From the human T2T-CHM13v2.0 reference genome, Homo sapiens, in the NCBI RefSeq assembly GCF_009914755.1, contig NC_060927.1: a stretch of 64,000 bases of DNA; one strand, 5' to 3'. The notes under the pieces were generated by a model. The model searched no databases. It was given only the letters and a program-made list of their open reading frames with translations, and was not told where the DNA came from. Below are positions 30,608-44,258 of the stretch, in pieces. Position 1 is the stretch's first letter. Each line of letters starts with the position of its first letter. The translations under genes were made by a program, and so were the position numbers.

Positions 30608-31786
30608 CAGAATTCATTATGTGGGCTTCTATCCCCTGGTGCCACTTTGATGAGAGAAGCAGAGCTTGTTACAGGTGGCTATTAGATGATGTTACTCTAT
30701 TACCTTCCTTATTCTGCACAACAGCAGGAAGGGTGGCTGCTGGAACCTTCTGGGACATAAACACATGATAATTCAGGGTCTTTTTGCTGGTAATCCAAAA
30801 CCCAGTTATGAAATGATTTGAGATATGGAAACAGCCTGGAGACCTTCAGCAGCTTCGTTAGACCAGGAAGCTTTAAAATTATCTAGAAAACCCAGGGTTT
30901 TTATTCAGGTGCTCTCCCACAAGGAAAACTTTGTAGAAAGTGACGCTTGTATTTACAAACTAAGAGTGAAACTCCAGCATGGCAGATACTGACTGCAAAC
31001 TGCTCGGAGGTGCTAAAATATTCATCCTTTAATAATGCTAGACTCTGAAAGACCCCAGCTCTTTTAGATTTGATTTTATAACTCTAAGTATTGCCTATTA
31101 TAATTCTGAATTTAAACTTCGTAGGATTGGTTGTTTTCATCCGTCAGGGTTCACTTTCCTTTCTTACCTCTTTCTTTTCTTCTTTTTTCCTTTGTTCAGG
31201 TTTACTTTGTAATGTTTTGTCCATACTTTTTATTTTTTAACTGGCTGGAACTGCCACTTCAAATTGATATGAAATGACAGTCTTTAGGGCAGTGTAAATA
31301 CCTGGTGCCATAAACAGGAGTAGTACACTATTCGGAATAAAAATTATTCTAGGAGCAAACTCTAATGAAACTGAAACCGTGGCTTGTGGATTTCTCCCTC
31401 ACCAAACCCTTTTTTTTTTTGAATTTGGCATTCTTTCCTAATCTGACAAATGTTATCATCCCTTGTATCTGTCAGAGCTATTTTCCATTTTTTTTTCAAA
31501 TTATTCAATCAAGAAAACTTCCTTTTGTTGGTGGGAGTAAGGTATGTCTAATTATCTGGTCCTGGAAAGCAGCCATCTGCCCAGTGATGAACACGGGTTT
31601 GTATGCAGTACCAGCAACATGAGGATGCGTGATGGATGCTCACAGACACTCCAGCTCTCCCTCCTCCACTCCTGACTTCTTGCTCTCCTCTTGATGACTT
31701 AGTCAGTGAATGTGAATTTTCAGAAACATTTTCTAGACTTTGTTTGGGTAGCTCTACCCTGAATAAACATATCTAAGTTTTAATAT

Positions 31787-32150
31787 TGTGTTAGTTTTCT
31801 CTCATACTGCTAATAAAGACATAACTGAGACTGGGCAATTTATAAAGGAAAGAGGTTTAGTTGACTCCAGTTCCACATGGCTAGGGAGCCCTCACAATCA
31901 TGGCAGAAGGCAAATGAGGAGCAAAGTCACGTCTTACATGTCAGCAGGCAAGAGAGAGTGTGTGCAGGGGTACTCTCCTTTATAAAACCGTCAGATCTCG
32001 TGAGACGTATTCATATTATGAGAACAGCACAGGAAAGACCCACCCCCATGATTCAATTACCTCCCACCATGTCCCTCCCACGACATTTGGGAATTATGGG
32101 AGCTACAATTCAAGATGAGATTTGGGTGGGGACACAGTCAAACCATATCA
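31787..32150 (-). mobile_element. THE1 (MaLR) solo LTR
   Basis: TG...CA ends, THE1 text, 5-bp TSD aatat. Confidence 0.93.
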
Positions 32151-32459
32151 AATATCTTCCACTATAATATAAATTATACTCTAGGTGAATGGTGTTTGCA
32201 GATATTTTTGGAAACCAGTGGTATATTATAGGATACTGCTAGAAAAATGTCTAGATATTTAAAATAATTTGTCATTGAGGAACAAAAAGAATATAAGTCA
32301 AAGAGACATAGACTCATAAGGTGGTTAAAATCTCAGGAATTGTTCATCTAGCCACTTATTTGAACAGAGGAAATAAAACCATTGTTATCAGTGAAGACAA
32401 TGATCAGCCATAAGTAGACATGTAAAATAACAGCTGTTTAAACTAATTCCTTTCCAAGT

Positions 32460-32610
32460 TTAGTGAGCATAGGGATTACCTGGGGATTGTTAAAATGCAG
32501 ATCGTGATTCAATACATCAGGATGGGTTCTGAAAATCTGCAGTTCTGACAAGGTGGCAAGGAATACTGATGATGCTGGTGGGTTGAGGACCAGACTCCAA
32601 GTAATGAGGA
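32460..32610. mobile_element. MER5-like hAT fragment
   Basis: ttacctggggattgttaaaatgcagat...aatctgcagttctgacaag...gatgctggt. Confidence 0.6.
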
Positions 32611-32614
32611 TATA

Positions 32615-33071
32615 AAAAGCTTATTTATCACATAAAATGTAGAGGTGGAAAGTTCAGGGCTGGTAAGGCAACTCCCCAAGTTATTCAAGGTCCCACCTCC
32701 TTTCACTTTCAGATTTCACCATCTTTAGGGTGTGGTCCTCATTCTTACCGTTCATTATGTAGCGCCAGCTATCATATCTATCTATGTCCCACGCAGCAGG
32801 ACAGAAGAAATGGGATGGTAGGAGGAGCATGGGAACCATAGGAACATGCCAGTGTCTCTCAAGGAAGATTTCTGGGATCTACCATATGACAAATTTCAAA
32901 CCTTTTCTATTAGCCAGAACCTAGTCACCTGACCACATCCAGGTGAGAGGCAAGCTGGGAAATGTTACTTTTAAACTGAGTGGCTATGTGCCTAACTGAA
33001 AGTCCCCACACTCTATTGGGAAGGGGCGTGTGAGGCATGGAAATGGGGCATGTCTAGCAGTCCATGCCACA
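32615..33071 (-). mobile_element. Old MLT1 (MaLR) LTR
   Basis: gttcagggctggt...tattagccagaacctagtcacctgaccacatcc...ctgggaaatgt...ccatgccaca. Confidence 0.6.
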
Positions 33072-35662
33072 GATGCGGATGTCTGACACAAGAAGTGGTT
33101 TGCCAAAGATCACAGAAAAATTACAGTTCATAGATTAATTATAACCAGTACATGTATGGACATTCTCAGTTTATGTGTGGTGCTGTTTTATGTCATAGGC
33201 TTATTTCATTTTCATAACTATTTTACACTATTATGAGCTTCTTTTTTGGTTGTGGAAAGTGAGGTTCAAAATGGTTGAGGGACTTCATTGATCATAAAGC
33301 CTACCCTTACTACTCTCTTTATAATTGCATATTCCTGTCTCTCCCTTCTCTCTCCCTCCTTCATTCCTGATTCCTCTTACCAGATTCTATATTGTTCTTT
33401 GTTCCCTTCACTCATCACCTTTCAACATTCTATATATTTTTCTATTTAGCATGTCAATTGCTTATTGTCAGTCTCCTTGTGTTAGAAGGTGAGCTCCGTG
33501 AGACCTTTGTTTTGTTTGCCAGTGCATCCCAAGCACCCATTTAGTATTTGGCACATGACGGAATGCTCAGTACATAGTTTTTTAAATGAAGGAATAATGC
33601 CACTAGGTATCAAAGTCCGCCTTGGAATTATGTCTGTTATCTTCAACCCTAATGCTATACGCCTTCTCCATCAGGGCTTCTGCTAATGTTTTAGACTCTG
33701 GAACTCCTGTGTTTGCCTCAGAAATGTGCTCACACTTAAACATATTGATTTCCTCCTTGTCTTCGTGACATTCATTTAATGTTGCTAGCCAACTTAACCA
33801 GTTTGCTCTCACCTTCAGTTCTCTCTTTATCTCAGTCCCAGGTTAATATTTCCTGAGGACCCAAGCATACCACTAGAAAAACAAACTTTAGCAAAACTAC
33901 CAAAATTAACGTCAAACCAGCGTTCCTGTTTGACTTAGTCTCTAGCCTCAGGCTTAGATAGGACTACTAGCACACGCAGATGGGACAGTTTCTAAGTGGC
34001 CTGATCCGCATTGGTTTCTAGTTTGGAATGTAAAAGGGGACTGGTTCTGGTCTCAGCCAAATCTCAAGACTCTCACCTCCACCCTCCGCCCTGTTTACAG
34101 TAATAGAATTAATATAAAATGTAGTACAATATAATATAATAGCATTTAATATTATTATGCTTCTGTTTAGAAACCTGTTATGACAATTGGTTGATTTCAT
34201 TCAGTTAACTCTATTTCTATGTCTTTCTTTTGTGAAGATTGTTAATTTTCTGATGGGAATTTTCTGATACAGGTTCAGCTAATACGTACTGAGCTCGTTT
34301 TGCATGCTAGGACTTTTAACTCTCACACAGCACTGTAAGATAGGCAGGGTGTACATGCAGAGACTAGTTTAAGAGAAGCATTTTGTCCAAGGCCATATGG
34401 CAACTAAGTGGCACATGGAAAATAATTAACTATGGAAAGTAATTCCACTTTAGGTCTCCTAAAATTCAAATCTTTGCTCTTTCTTTTCTATACCTGAGTT
34501 TCCTGATTTTTTATACTTATATGTCTGTCTACCCCAGCACCTAGCATAGTGCTTTGCGCATAGCAGGTTCTCAATAAATATTTAATGAATACAAATATAT
34601 GAAGAGCTTTTCTGTGGAAAATATTCTGCTTTGAATGTGTGAGGATACATTTGGGACAAACATCCTAGCTCTATAGTCAGGCAGCTTTTTTTTTTTGTGC
34701 TACCACTCAGGCAAAAGTAAGTCAATTAATCTCTCTGTCTCCGTTTCCTGGCATGTAATGTGGGAATGGGCATGAAAGCCCTAGAGTGTGTTGTGAGATT
34801 AATTAGTTAAAATGTATACCCTGCTATATAAATGCTAATTGCTGTCAGGAGCGTGGGTTGGATCTTCCAGTGACTTGGCTTTGCAAAGCTTTGCACATTT
34901 CCATTAGTCCTCTGTGCCACCAAGTCTCAGCCTTAAGAAACCCTTTTGGCTGAGAGGAATGATGACTTTGTGGTTCTCCCATGTTGAGAGGCCAATTTAG
35001 AGAGGACTTCCACTGTGGAGTAAACTGAATAAGAAGGGACATTATAAACAAAAAAGGAATTCTTGTGCTAGTAATTTGCTAAATTCCCTTTGCTGTTATT
35101 AGAGACAAATGTATTTGCATAACAGCCTTTTCCTGTCTTTTCTGAGGCTGGTGCCTGCAGTGAATCATATAATTAATTTGGTATTACATGACACTCCAGC
35201 CTGTTGCCATAGATTTTATTTTTATTTGTTCATTGAATAATATAAAAAGCTCTGACAAAATGAGCTCAGGTGGCTGTCTAGAGAACTTAAAAACTCACAG
35301 AACTAATTTCAAATGGGCAAATATCCCAAAGAAAAAGCTCAATAATAATAATGTTTATGAATGCTAATACATATATTTTCAGGCTCTGTGGTACAGGAGG
35401 CTGACTCACTTTATACACATATTCATTTGGTCCATGAAACATCATGTAAGGGAGATACATGGCAGGTATAATTATTTCCTTTCCCTTTAAAAATGTATTG
35501 AATTTAATTGAAGACATATTAAGCCGATGGATTGGGCCAGAAATCTTGGTGATTGACTTGTATTCAAATTTTAGTATGTAAGGAACAAATGCTTTTTTAA
35601 AAAGTGTCTGGTCTTGATTTATTAACTTATGTTATGAAAGGAAAATTCTACCTTCCTTTTTT

Positions 35663-36045
35663 TGTTAATCAAGATAGGCAGTACTAGTTGCTATCACAAA
35701 TCTCAGTGACTTAAGACAATAGAGATTTATTTTTCACTCATGTCACAGCCGCTTGAAAGTCAAGTGGCATTCCTGAACAGCTCTGCTCTGAGCAGTGGCA
35801 GGAATCCAGATTCCTCCCATCCTGTGATGCTACCTTTTCAACAGTTTCTGGACTTCAGGGCCTCCATTTCAGGGAAAGAGAGCATCAGAGATTATGCTGG
35901 GGATTTCAGGCTCTACAGCATTTCTGCCCACATTTCACTGGCCAGAGGAAATTCACATGGCCCCAACCCAATTACCAAAGAGAAGTAGTTTTCACATGAG
36001 TCAAGGAGAACAGAATTAATGAGCATATAGACAGTCTCTACCATA
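35663..36045 (-). mobile_element. Old MLT1 (MaLR) LTR
   Basis: ctcagtgacttaagacaatagagatttatttttcactcatg...ctgcccacatttcactggccagag. Confidence 0.6.
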
Positions 36046-36869
36046 GTCTGTTCTCGTGATCACTAAAAATCCATTTTATAATTCCTCCTAAATTGGTCTG
36101 AGTATATGCTTGCCGTTAAAATGTTATGTTAGCTCTCCTTTTTTATTTCCTCTTTCCCAATCGGCATTCTCCTACTTTACAAAAGAAAAATCTACATGTC
36201 GCTCATCATCTATCTTACTATTAATTATTGCCCAGGGCTATAAAGATTTTCAGGGTCTAACATGACACTTATTTTATTGGTGTCAGAATGTCTCCTTAAT
36301 AAGGGCACTGTTAAACCCCAGCAGGCCTTCCTTTTTCTCTCCAATTTACCAATGTTTCTATTAAGAGTGAATCATGACATCAGAATATGATCTGTGGCCC
36401 AAGTTGGAGTGATCTGAATTGATACACATTGTAGAGTGGGTTATAGGAAAGATACTAATTTCCATTTAATAGTCTTTCGTCTACCATCATCTAATTGCAG
36501 TCCAAAAAGTGCAGTCTTCAGGGAGATGCTTTTGCAAAACACGTGAAGAATATCTGTAGGAAATACCAATGGCAGTGACATCTTATTTTATCTAGACAAC
36601 AAACAGTATAATGAAATTGCAGACTCCATTTGCTATCCAACTGTTTTCTTCCTCTTTTTTTTTCTATATACTTTATCATTCAAAGTGAAATGACTGTCAA
36701 GCCAATACATAACAACACAATTTTTGGAAATAAAATATAAAATCAAAAATTTTTCTAACAGAAAGTAGTTATGATAAGGATGGTTTGACATAGAATGGGT
36801 TTGCCAACTGTATTACCTAGTGGATATTTTCTTCCTTCTTTCCTTTCTTCCTTTTATTCTAATTATTAT

Positions 36870-38560
36870 TTTAATTAATTTGAAAGCAAATTATGCACAG
36901 ATTTTTAAGGTCAATATATTAAAAAAAATCAAAATAATTATATACTTTCTGCCTTAACTATCCTCACTTTTACTAATTACCCTTCTCAGAGACAACAACT
37001 TGGATGTCTTATTTATCTCTTCTAATATTTCCCATCTATATTTTGCTAACCTATTTGTATACATTGTTATCTTTTGTGTAGTCAACCCAAGGCATTATCT
37101 TTTCACTTTTTTCATTATAGTAAATGAGGATAATCTCACTGAAACTGCTATCCCTTCTACCCATTCTTCTCTATATTTCATATTTGGTCGAGTCAATAAT
37201 CATTTCATTAATATGTTTTCACATATTTATGAACTATAATTCTATTACGTCTCTTAGTTTTTGAAGTTATTAACTGCATTGCTTTTCATATGCTTATTTT
37301 AATTTGTATGTTTTTGTAACCATTTTTATAGCTTTCAATTGCCTTTCAGCATAATTTTTCACATTTTTCACACTGTTAATGACATCAGATAATCTGTCAG
37401 TTGTGATTATTTTTTCCCTTATTGGAGGTTTCCAATCCCTACTACCTATACTGGTTCGTTACCAAGCCCTGGTGCATAAATTTTATCCTTGGGTCTCGTT
37501 CACTGTCATTCTGAGGATCCCTTTCCTCTCTTGAATTAGAATCCCTATTCCCAATCCTAGGTTTTCTCTATTATTGTTTTATTCTCTCATTTTTGTGGCA
37601 CACATCCCCCGAAGCTCCCTGATAAGGAGGACATGGTAAATAAATTGTGGAGTCTTTACGTGTCTGCATTTGTCACCTTCACACTTGATTGTTTTATTAT
37701 GTTTAGGTTCTAGGTTGGAAATACTTTTCCTTCAGATGCATCGCTTCATTATCTTCTAGTTTCCAGTCTTGTGTTTGGGAGTTCCCAAACCATTCTCATT
37801 CCTAATATTTCGTAAAGTGACTTTTTTTTTTTTCCTTTCCTTTCTTACTCCTTGGCAGTTTGCAGAATCCTCTCTTTCTCTGCAATTGTTTTGAAATATT
37901 TATGTGGTGTGAGTCTATTTCTATCCATTATTCTGGGGCAATTGATAGGTCCTTAGAAGGTTGTATACTTCAGTTCTCAGATTTTGTTTTTTTTCTGTGA
38001 ATTATTTAATTGAGAACTTTCTTGGTATTTTGGGTTTTTTTTTTTTTTGAAAGGTGTGGTGCAGAGAGTTCTCTTATTGAGTGATTGAGATTCCTGAAGT
38101 GGGCTTCTAACTTTCTTATCTATTTTCTATTTCTTTTTCTTTCTACTCTGCTTTTTAGGAAATCTTTAAATTTAACATCTAAAAAAAAAATCTGTTAAAG
38201 TTTTTTGTTTTAGTGGGCTTTTGTTCTCTGAATATTGCTTGGTTATAGCATTTGTTCCTGCTTCATGGATGAAACAGGTTCCTTATTGCTCTGAGAATGT
38301 TGATAGTATTTTTTACATGTTTACTTTTCCTTGAATAATTTGATTTTCTCCAAGTTCCTTTTACTTTTTTTTTTCTGACATTACATTTTGTGGTAGAGGT
38401 TTTTCTCAGATGATCTGCTCAGATTTAAGAAGAAGTGATTAAGAAGCTGATTGGAAATTCTAAATGTGAGTGTGAAGCCGTGATGCTCGTTAAACTTGAG
38501 CTTTTCTGTTGGATGATGTGGCTGCACAATTTTCTAAAGAGCTTCTGATAGTAAGATTGT
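36870..38560 (-). mobile_element. Ancient L1M fragment(s)
   Basis: T-rich degenerate antisense L1 text (ttctaggttggaaatacttttccttcag...cttctagtttccagt); boundaries approximate. Confidence 0.55.
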
Positions 38561-39131
38561 CATATATTTCTTCTTAAACTGGCCAGATTTTCCACGGAAG
38601 ATTCTTTCCTTCTCTTCTGTGGAGAGTAAATGTCTGACTGCCCTCATCCTTGGAGCTGAGTGAAGAAAACTGTTCAGTGCTAGAAGAGTGGGCTTGGAAC
38701 AAAGCATGTAACTTTTTTATATAGCTGTCATTCTGTCTTCTTTCTTTTACCATTCTTCCCATATCTTCGGTTTTGAGATACCTGACTGCATGTGCCAGGA
38801 TAGATTATTGATATTGGTAATAAGCAAATCCAAATCATCTCTGCCTTCAAAGAACAAAGTTGTGTGGAATGCCATCCATCAAAGTACCCAACCTAAGGGA
38901 GCCTCTGTCTCTGTGCTTTCATATTTGCCAAGGCAGAAGAAAAGGGAATTTTGTAAAATATACCCCGTCCAAAACATCCACAAGTAGGACTGACTACATC
39001 TTCTTGGTCAAAGTAAGTCACATGGCCGCTCCTTACTTCAGAGGTGTGGAAATGTACAATCTTATACTCGGAGGAGAACCCATAAATAGTGGGTGAACAG
39101 CACTAATGACTCTTTATCTTGATGCTGATAA

Positions 39132-39616
<485 letters not shown>

Positions 39617-39944
39617 AAAACTTTGGTTATACTTTTATATAAACTGAATAAGCGAACTCTGCAACTTTGCAAATATTTTCAAAGAATGTGATACTTTATA
39701 AAATACATTGTGTTACAAGTGTGCATTGATGTGAACAACACTGATTTTTCCAATTATTTCTCTGTATGTTTTTTAAAAGTTGCTTCTAACTAAAAACATA
39801 GCAACAAATAGTCATTTGTTGAGTCTTGGAAAAGCTAGTTGTTAAATTTCCCCGAGCTTTATTACTTACCTGACAAATCCTTTTGCAAGTCAGAAAGCTT
39901 CAGATTCTTCACTTTTATCAAAATTAGAATAATGACAAGTGAGT

Positions 39945-40460
39945 TGTTTTGCCAGTTATCCACTGCTGCAAAAACGGTGCCTTGCAAAGAAGCACAAATT
40001 TAAATGACCAAACTTCATTTTATTTATTTCACTTGTATTTTTGCTTCTGAGTCTGTATCTTGTGCGGCTCAGCTCGTCCAGGCCGGACTTGCTCTTGTAC
40101 CTTTGGTCAGTTGTGGAAAGCCAGATAGCCATACTTCTGGAGGTGGGCCAGCTGCCAGCTGGGGTGTCTCAGCTGTCCTCTCTGTGGTCTCTTATTTATT
40201 AATATGCTTTTCTGGACTTGTTCTCATAGTGACAACAGAGTTCCAAGAGAAAAAGCAAAATCTTTTAACTCTTAAGTTTAGATCGTCACACACCACACAA
40301 TCACTTTTGCTGCATTTTGTTTGCCAGTAGAACTCACAAGGACAGCCCAGATTTGATGGCTGGTGAGATAGACTCTTGATTGGAAAACTTACAGTTTCAA
40401 ATTGCAGAGGATGTGGAGATAGGGGAAAGGGAAAACTAGGGCTGTTTTTGCTGACTCTGT
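39945..40460 (-). mobile_element. MLT1 (MaLR) LTR
   Basis: cagttatccactgctgc...cacaaggacagcccagattt...gactcttgattgg; its end is duplicated at 41434. Confidence 0.6.
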
Positions 40461-41433
40461 ATTCCAGAGTTTTCAAATGATCGTTAAAAATAATGTTTGA
40501 TGATAAAAATATAAAATGGGTATACAGCTCAGAAAGAATTTAAAGAATTGAGTGACCTTGTGGAACTAAGCTCCTTTAGTTCCTTACTGTAAACAAATTT
40601 TCCCAGTTCTCACGTGTAAGCAAACAATTTTCAACTAGTACCTAAAAACTCTCATTCAAAAATAGCCCTTCTATATTACTAAGAAATGATTTCCAATGCA
40701 AGCTTTACATTTTATAATCATTAATTACTTATAAAATGAAAACATATTATTTAAATTTATAAGACATTTCAAAAATCTTTTAACACTTAGCACTTTACAT
40801 ATTACACAAAAGAATAAAATGATGAAAAATAAAGCATAAACTATCAAACATAAGAATATATTCCATTAAAGTAAATTTGCATGTGGAGATAGTGGAATTA
40901 ATGTAAGTTCAAGGAAAAAAAGAAACTATGGAATTTATAATGGTTAAAGAAAGCTTTTTTACATGTTTTTAGGTTGGATATTGGTGTATGGCAAATCACT
41001 ATTCCATTGGATGTAATTAAAAGAATGATGTAACTCTTTTCTTTCAAAATGGCATTACTTATGACACTAAATATATCCTTTCCAATTATACTTGGCATGA
41101 GAAGTTTTAGATGTCAATGGAAACGTAGGGAAGATTACAGAGTTAAAAAAATACATACATAAGCATGTGTATGTGCATATGTTAGGGACATGAGGAAAAA
41201 ACTACTTTAAGGTGATGGTTTTGTGGTCCGCAGGACTCCATCACCCTGACCTCTGTTCACTCTTCATCTGGTGACTTCTAGAGCCCTCCATTCAGATATC
41301 ACTCTAAAGAAAATAAATATTTTCTTGTTTTCTTAAAATAAAGAAAAAATTCTTTAAAAGAAGTTTGTTTTTTTTTCTGAGTAGATGAGTGATTACTTTT
41401 CATTATAAAGAATAAATTATAGAAGCCATTACG

Positions 41434-41674
41434 CACAAGGACAGTGCAGATTGGAGGGGTGGTAAGATAGACTCTTGATTGGAAAACTCACAGTTTCAAA
41501 TTGCAGAGGATGTGGATACAGGGGAAAGAGAAAACTAGGGCTGTTTTTGCAGACTGTATTCCAGACTTTTCAAGTGATCGTTAAAAATAATGTTTGATGA
41601 TAAAAATATAAAATGGGTATGCAGCTCAGAAGGAATTTAAAGAATTGAGTGACCTTGTAGAACTAAGCTCCTTT
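41434..41674 (+). repeat. Direct copy of 40335-40577 (about 240 bp local duplication)
   Basis: Aligned by eye, roughly 90% identical. Confidence 0.95.
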
Positions 41675-41776
41675 TTTATTTGACTCTGTCATTGAAACTG
41701 TAGCACCTTTAGTTCTGAATGAGTATTCCACCAAGGAGTATTACTGAGATCTCTTGATTTCTTGAGGTCTACTGTC

Positions 41777-42039
41777 CTGCTGTCCAATAAAGTAGACAGT
41801 AGACATATGTGGCTAGTCCAGATTGAGATGTAAGTGAAAAATACATTGAATTTTGAAGATGTACCACAGAAAAAGAATGTAAATGTAAAATAGCTCATTT
41901 TTTTATATTTTGGATATATTGGGTTTAACAAAATATTAAAATTAATTTCGTCTGCTTTGTTTTACTTTTTTAGTGTGGTAACTGAAATGTCTAAAATCAC
42001 GTATGTGTGTTGCATTATAATTTCTATTGGACATTGCAG
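41777..42039. mobile_element. MER3/MER33-type hAT-Charlie element
   Basis: Inverted termini ctgctgtccaata...tattggacattgcag; internal catatgtggcta. Confidence 0.75.
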
Positions 42040-42460
42040 ATCTAGCCCATGAATCAGAAGATCTAGAGCAAACTGGGAGTCCTTTCTCCCATTTGCCCAA
42101 GGATTGTCTTTTTCAGTTACAATTTCCTCCTTAAACCATTCTCTGTTCCACAAAGTGAAAAAACACTTGATGTCTTTCTTAGGTGAAACTTTCTCCCATA
42201 CCTTGCAGGGCTTAACAGGGTCAAGCTATCAGATCAAATCATTATTCAAGAGATACTCAGAAAATAATAAATAATGGGGAACAGCAGTTTCTTCACACCA
42301 AAGGTGCCTACTGTATGCAATTATTAGAGGGAGGCTGGAAGATGACCAGAGAAAGAGGTTCTGGAAAAGACCGGGTGAACTGAGGAGAAGGTGTGTTCTT
42401 TTGAGGCCTTTGTTGTAAAATGACTCATCTGCCCCTTTCTTTCTTTTTTGATTATTCCAG

Positions 42461-42746
42461 AACGCTGCGATGACTGGGGACTAGACACCATGAGGCAAAT
42501 CCAAGTGTTTGAAGATGAGCCAGCTCGCATCAAGTGCCCACTCTTTGAACACTTCTTGAAATTCAACTACAGCACAGCCCATTCAGCTGGCCTTACTCTG
42601 ATCTGGTATTGGACTAGGCAGGACCGGGACCTTGAGGAGCCAATTAACTTCCGCCTCCCCGAGAACCGCATTAGTAAGGAGAAAGATGTGCTGTGGTTCC
42701 GGCCCACTCTCCTCAATGACACTGGCAACTATACCTGCATGTTAAG
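42461..42746 (+). CDS. IL1RAP: IL1RAP coding exon, Ig1 (ERCDDWGLDTMRQIQ...DTGNYTCML), phase 1-2
   Basis: Acceptor ttccag|AA, donor AAG|GTAGCC; 286 nt; Ig signature C...W...DTGNYTC; lies within ORF 42448..42750. Confidence 0.99.
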
Positions 42747-43222
42747 GTAGCCTGATTCTTGGCAGTGGCTTTCTCTTTTCCCTTTAGTTTCTGGGCTCTT
42801 TTCCGGATGATCCGTGTGCTAGGAAGCTGGGGAGAAGTCGGAAGCATTTAGATAGAGTTTAGTGAGGTAATTGTCTGCAGCTTAGCTGAAGGGGTCTGAA
42901 GGAGGTATGCAGAGAAATTGGTTGTGGCCCTTAGAATGTTCTCCAGAGGTAGTTCCTTCCCAGACCCTGAGACATATCAAAGTTGTCCGAAAGTGGAGCC
43001 TTGTTATTAATCCCCTCTCACCACACCGGTTCCTGCCTGCCTTTATGCCCCACCTGGAGACATCCATTTCTCCAGACATTGAACAGGGCAGAGAATAGAG
43101 CCCATTTGTATCTGTTTTTCTTGGCATCTTTCAAAGTACTTGGCACAGAAGAGAAACTCAGGTGCATTGTGTGATGCACAATGCCTCCCAAATATGTGTG
43201 ATGTGATGCCTCCCAAATATTA

Positions 43223-43395
43223 TTTTACTTTTTGAGTGTGGCAACTGAAATGTCGAAAATTACATATGTGGTTCGCATTATCATTTCTGTCAGACACTGC
43301 ACATCTAGCCCCCAAATCAGAAGACCTAGAACGAACTGGGAGTCCTCTCTCCCATTTGTCCAAGGTTTGCCTTTTCAGTTACAATTTCCTCCTTA
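43223..43395 (+). repeat. Direct copy of 41960-42133 (about 173 bp local duplication)
   Basis: Aligned by eye, roughly 80% identical; spans the MER33 end plus its unique flank. Confidence 0.93.
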
Positions 43396-43867
43396 GAATT
43401 TTGTCTGTCATAATATTCTCCCAAATATTATTTTGGGAGGCATGACATATATGTATGACAATGCTTTTTAAACTTCTACCAACTTTCCCCTAAGAAGCAA
43501 GAGAATACCATATCTCTGGCAATCTAAGGATATAATCCAAACAATTTACCATGACTGTAAAATTTCTTTTCAATCCACTTTTTTTTCCCTTGAAAGTTTT
43601 GTAGATTTTATATTTTACTCTTCAGTATTCCTCTTTTTTTTTTCTGCATTAATGTTGTTTTTGGGGAAAAAAACAAAAAAACAAAACAAAACAAAACAAA
43701 CAACTTCTAAAAACTGAGGCCTCTCCACAGAATAGCCCTTTTCAGGGTTAATTATTTGGTTACTTTTTACTCACAGTCACTTTTTAGCTGCCAGGCTTGC
43801 CTTTGTTTTCTAAACTCCCATCCGGGTTATTTTTTTTTCTTTTAACGACTTCCTGCTATTTAACCGG

Positions 43868-44258
43868 TGTGTGGCTTTGCTAGGGCTGCAATGACAAAAT
43901 ACCACAGTGTGGGTGACTTTAACAAACAAAATTACCTTCTCACAGTTCTGGAGGCTGGAAGTCCAAGATCAGGGTGTTGGCAGGGTTGATTTCATTCTTG
44001 ATGCCTCTCTCCTTGGCTTGTATATGGCCATCTTCTCTCCTTGTCTTTACATGGTCTTCCTCTGTGTGTTTGTGTCTTAATCTCGTCTTCTGATAAGGAT
44101 GCTAGTCATATGGGATTAAAGACCCCCTTTATGACCTCATTTGAGCTCAGTTATGTCTTTAAATGTTCTGTTTTCAAATAAAGTCACATTCTAATGTACT
44201 GTGAATTAGGACCTTAGCATATAAATTGGGGTTGGGTGACACAACTCAGTCCATAACA
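43868..44258 (-). mobile_element. MLT1A/B/C-type MaLR LTR
   Basis: ctcacagttctggaggctggaagtccaagatcagggtg...actcagtccataaca. Confidence 0.85.
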
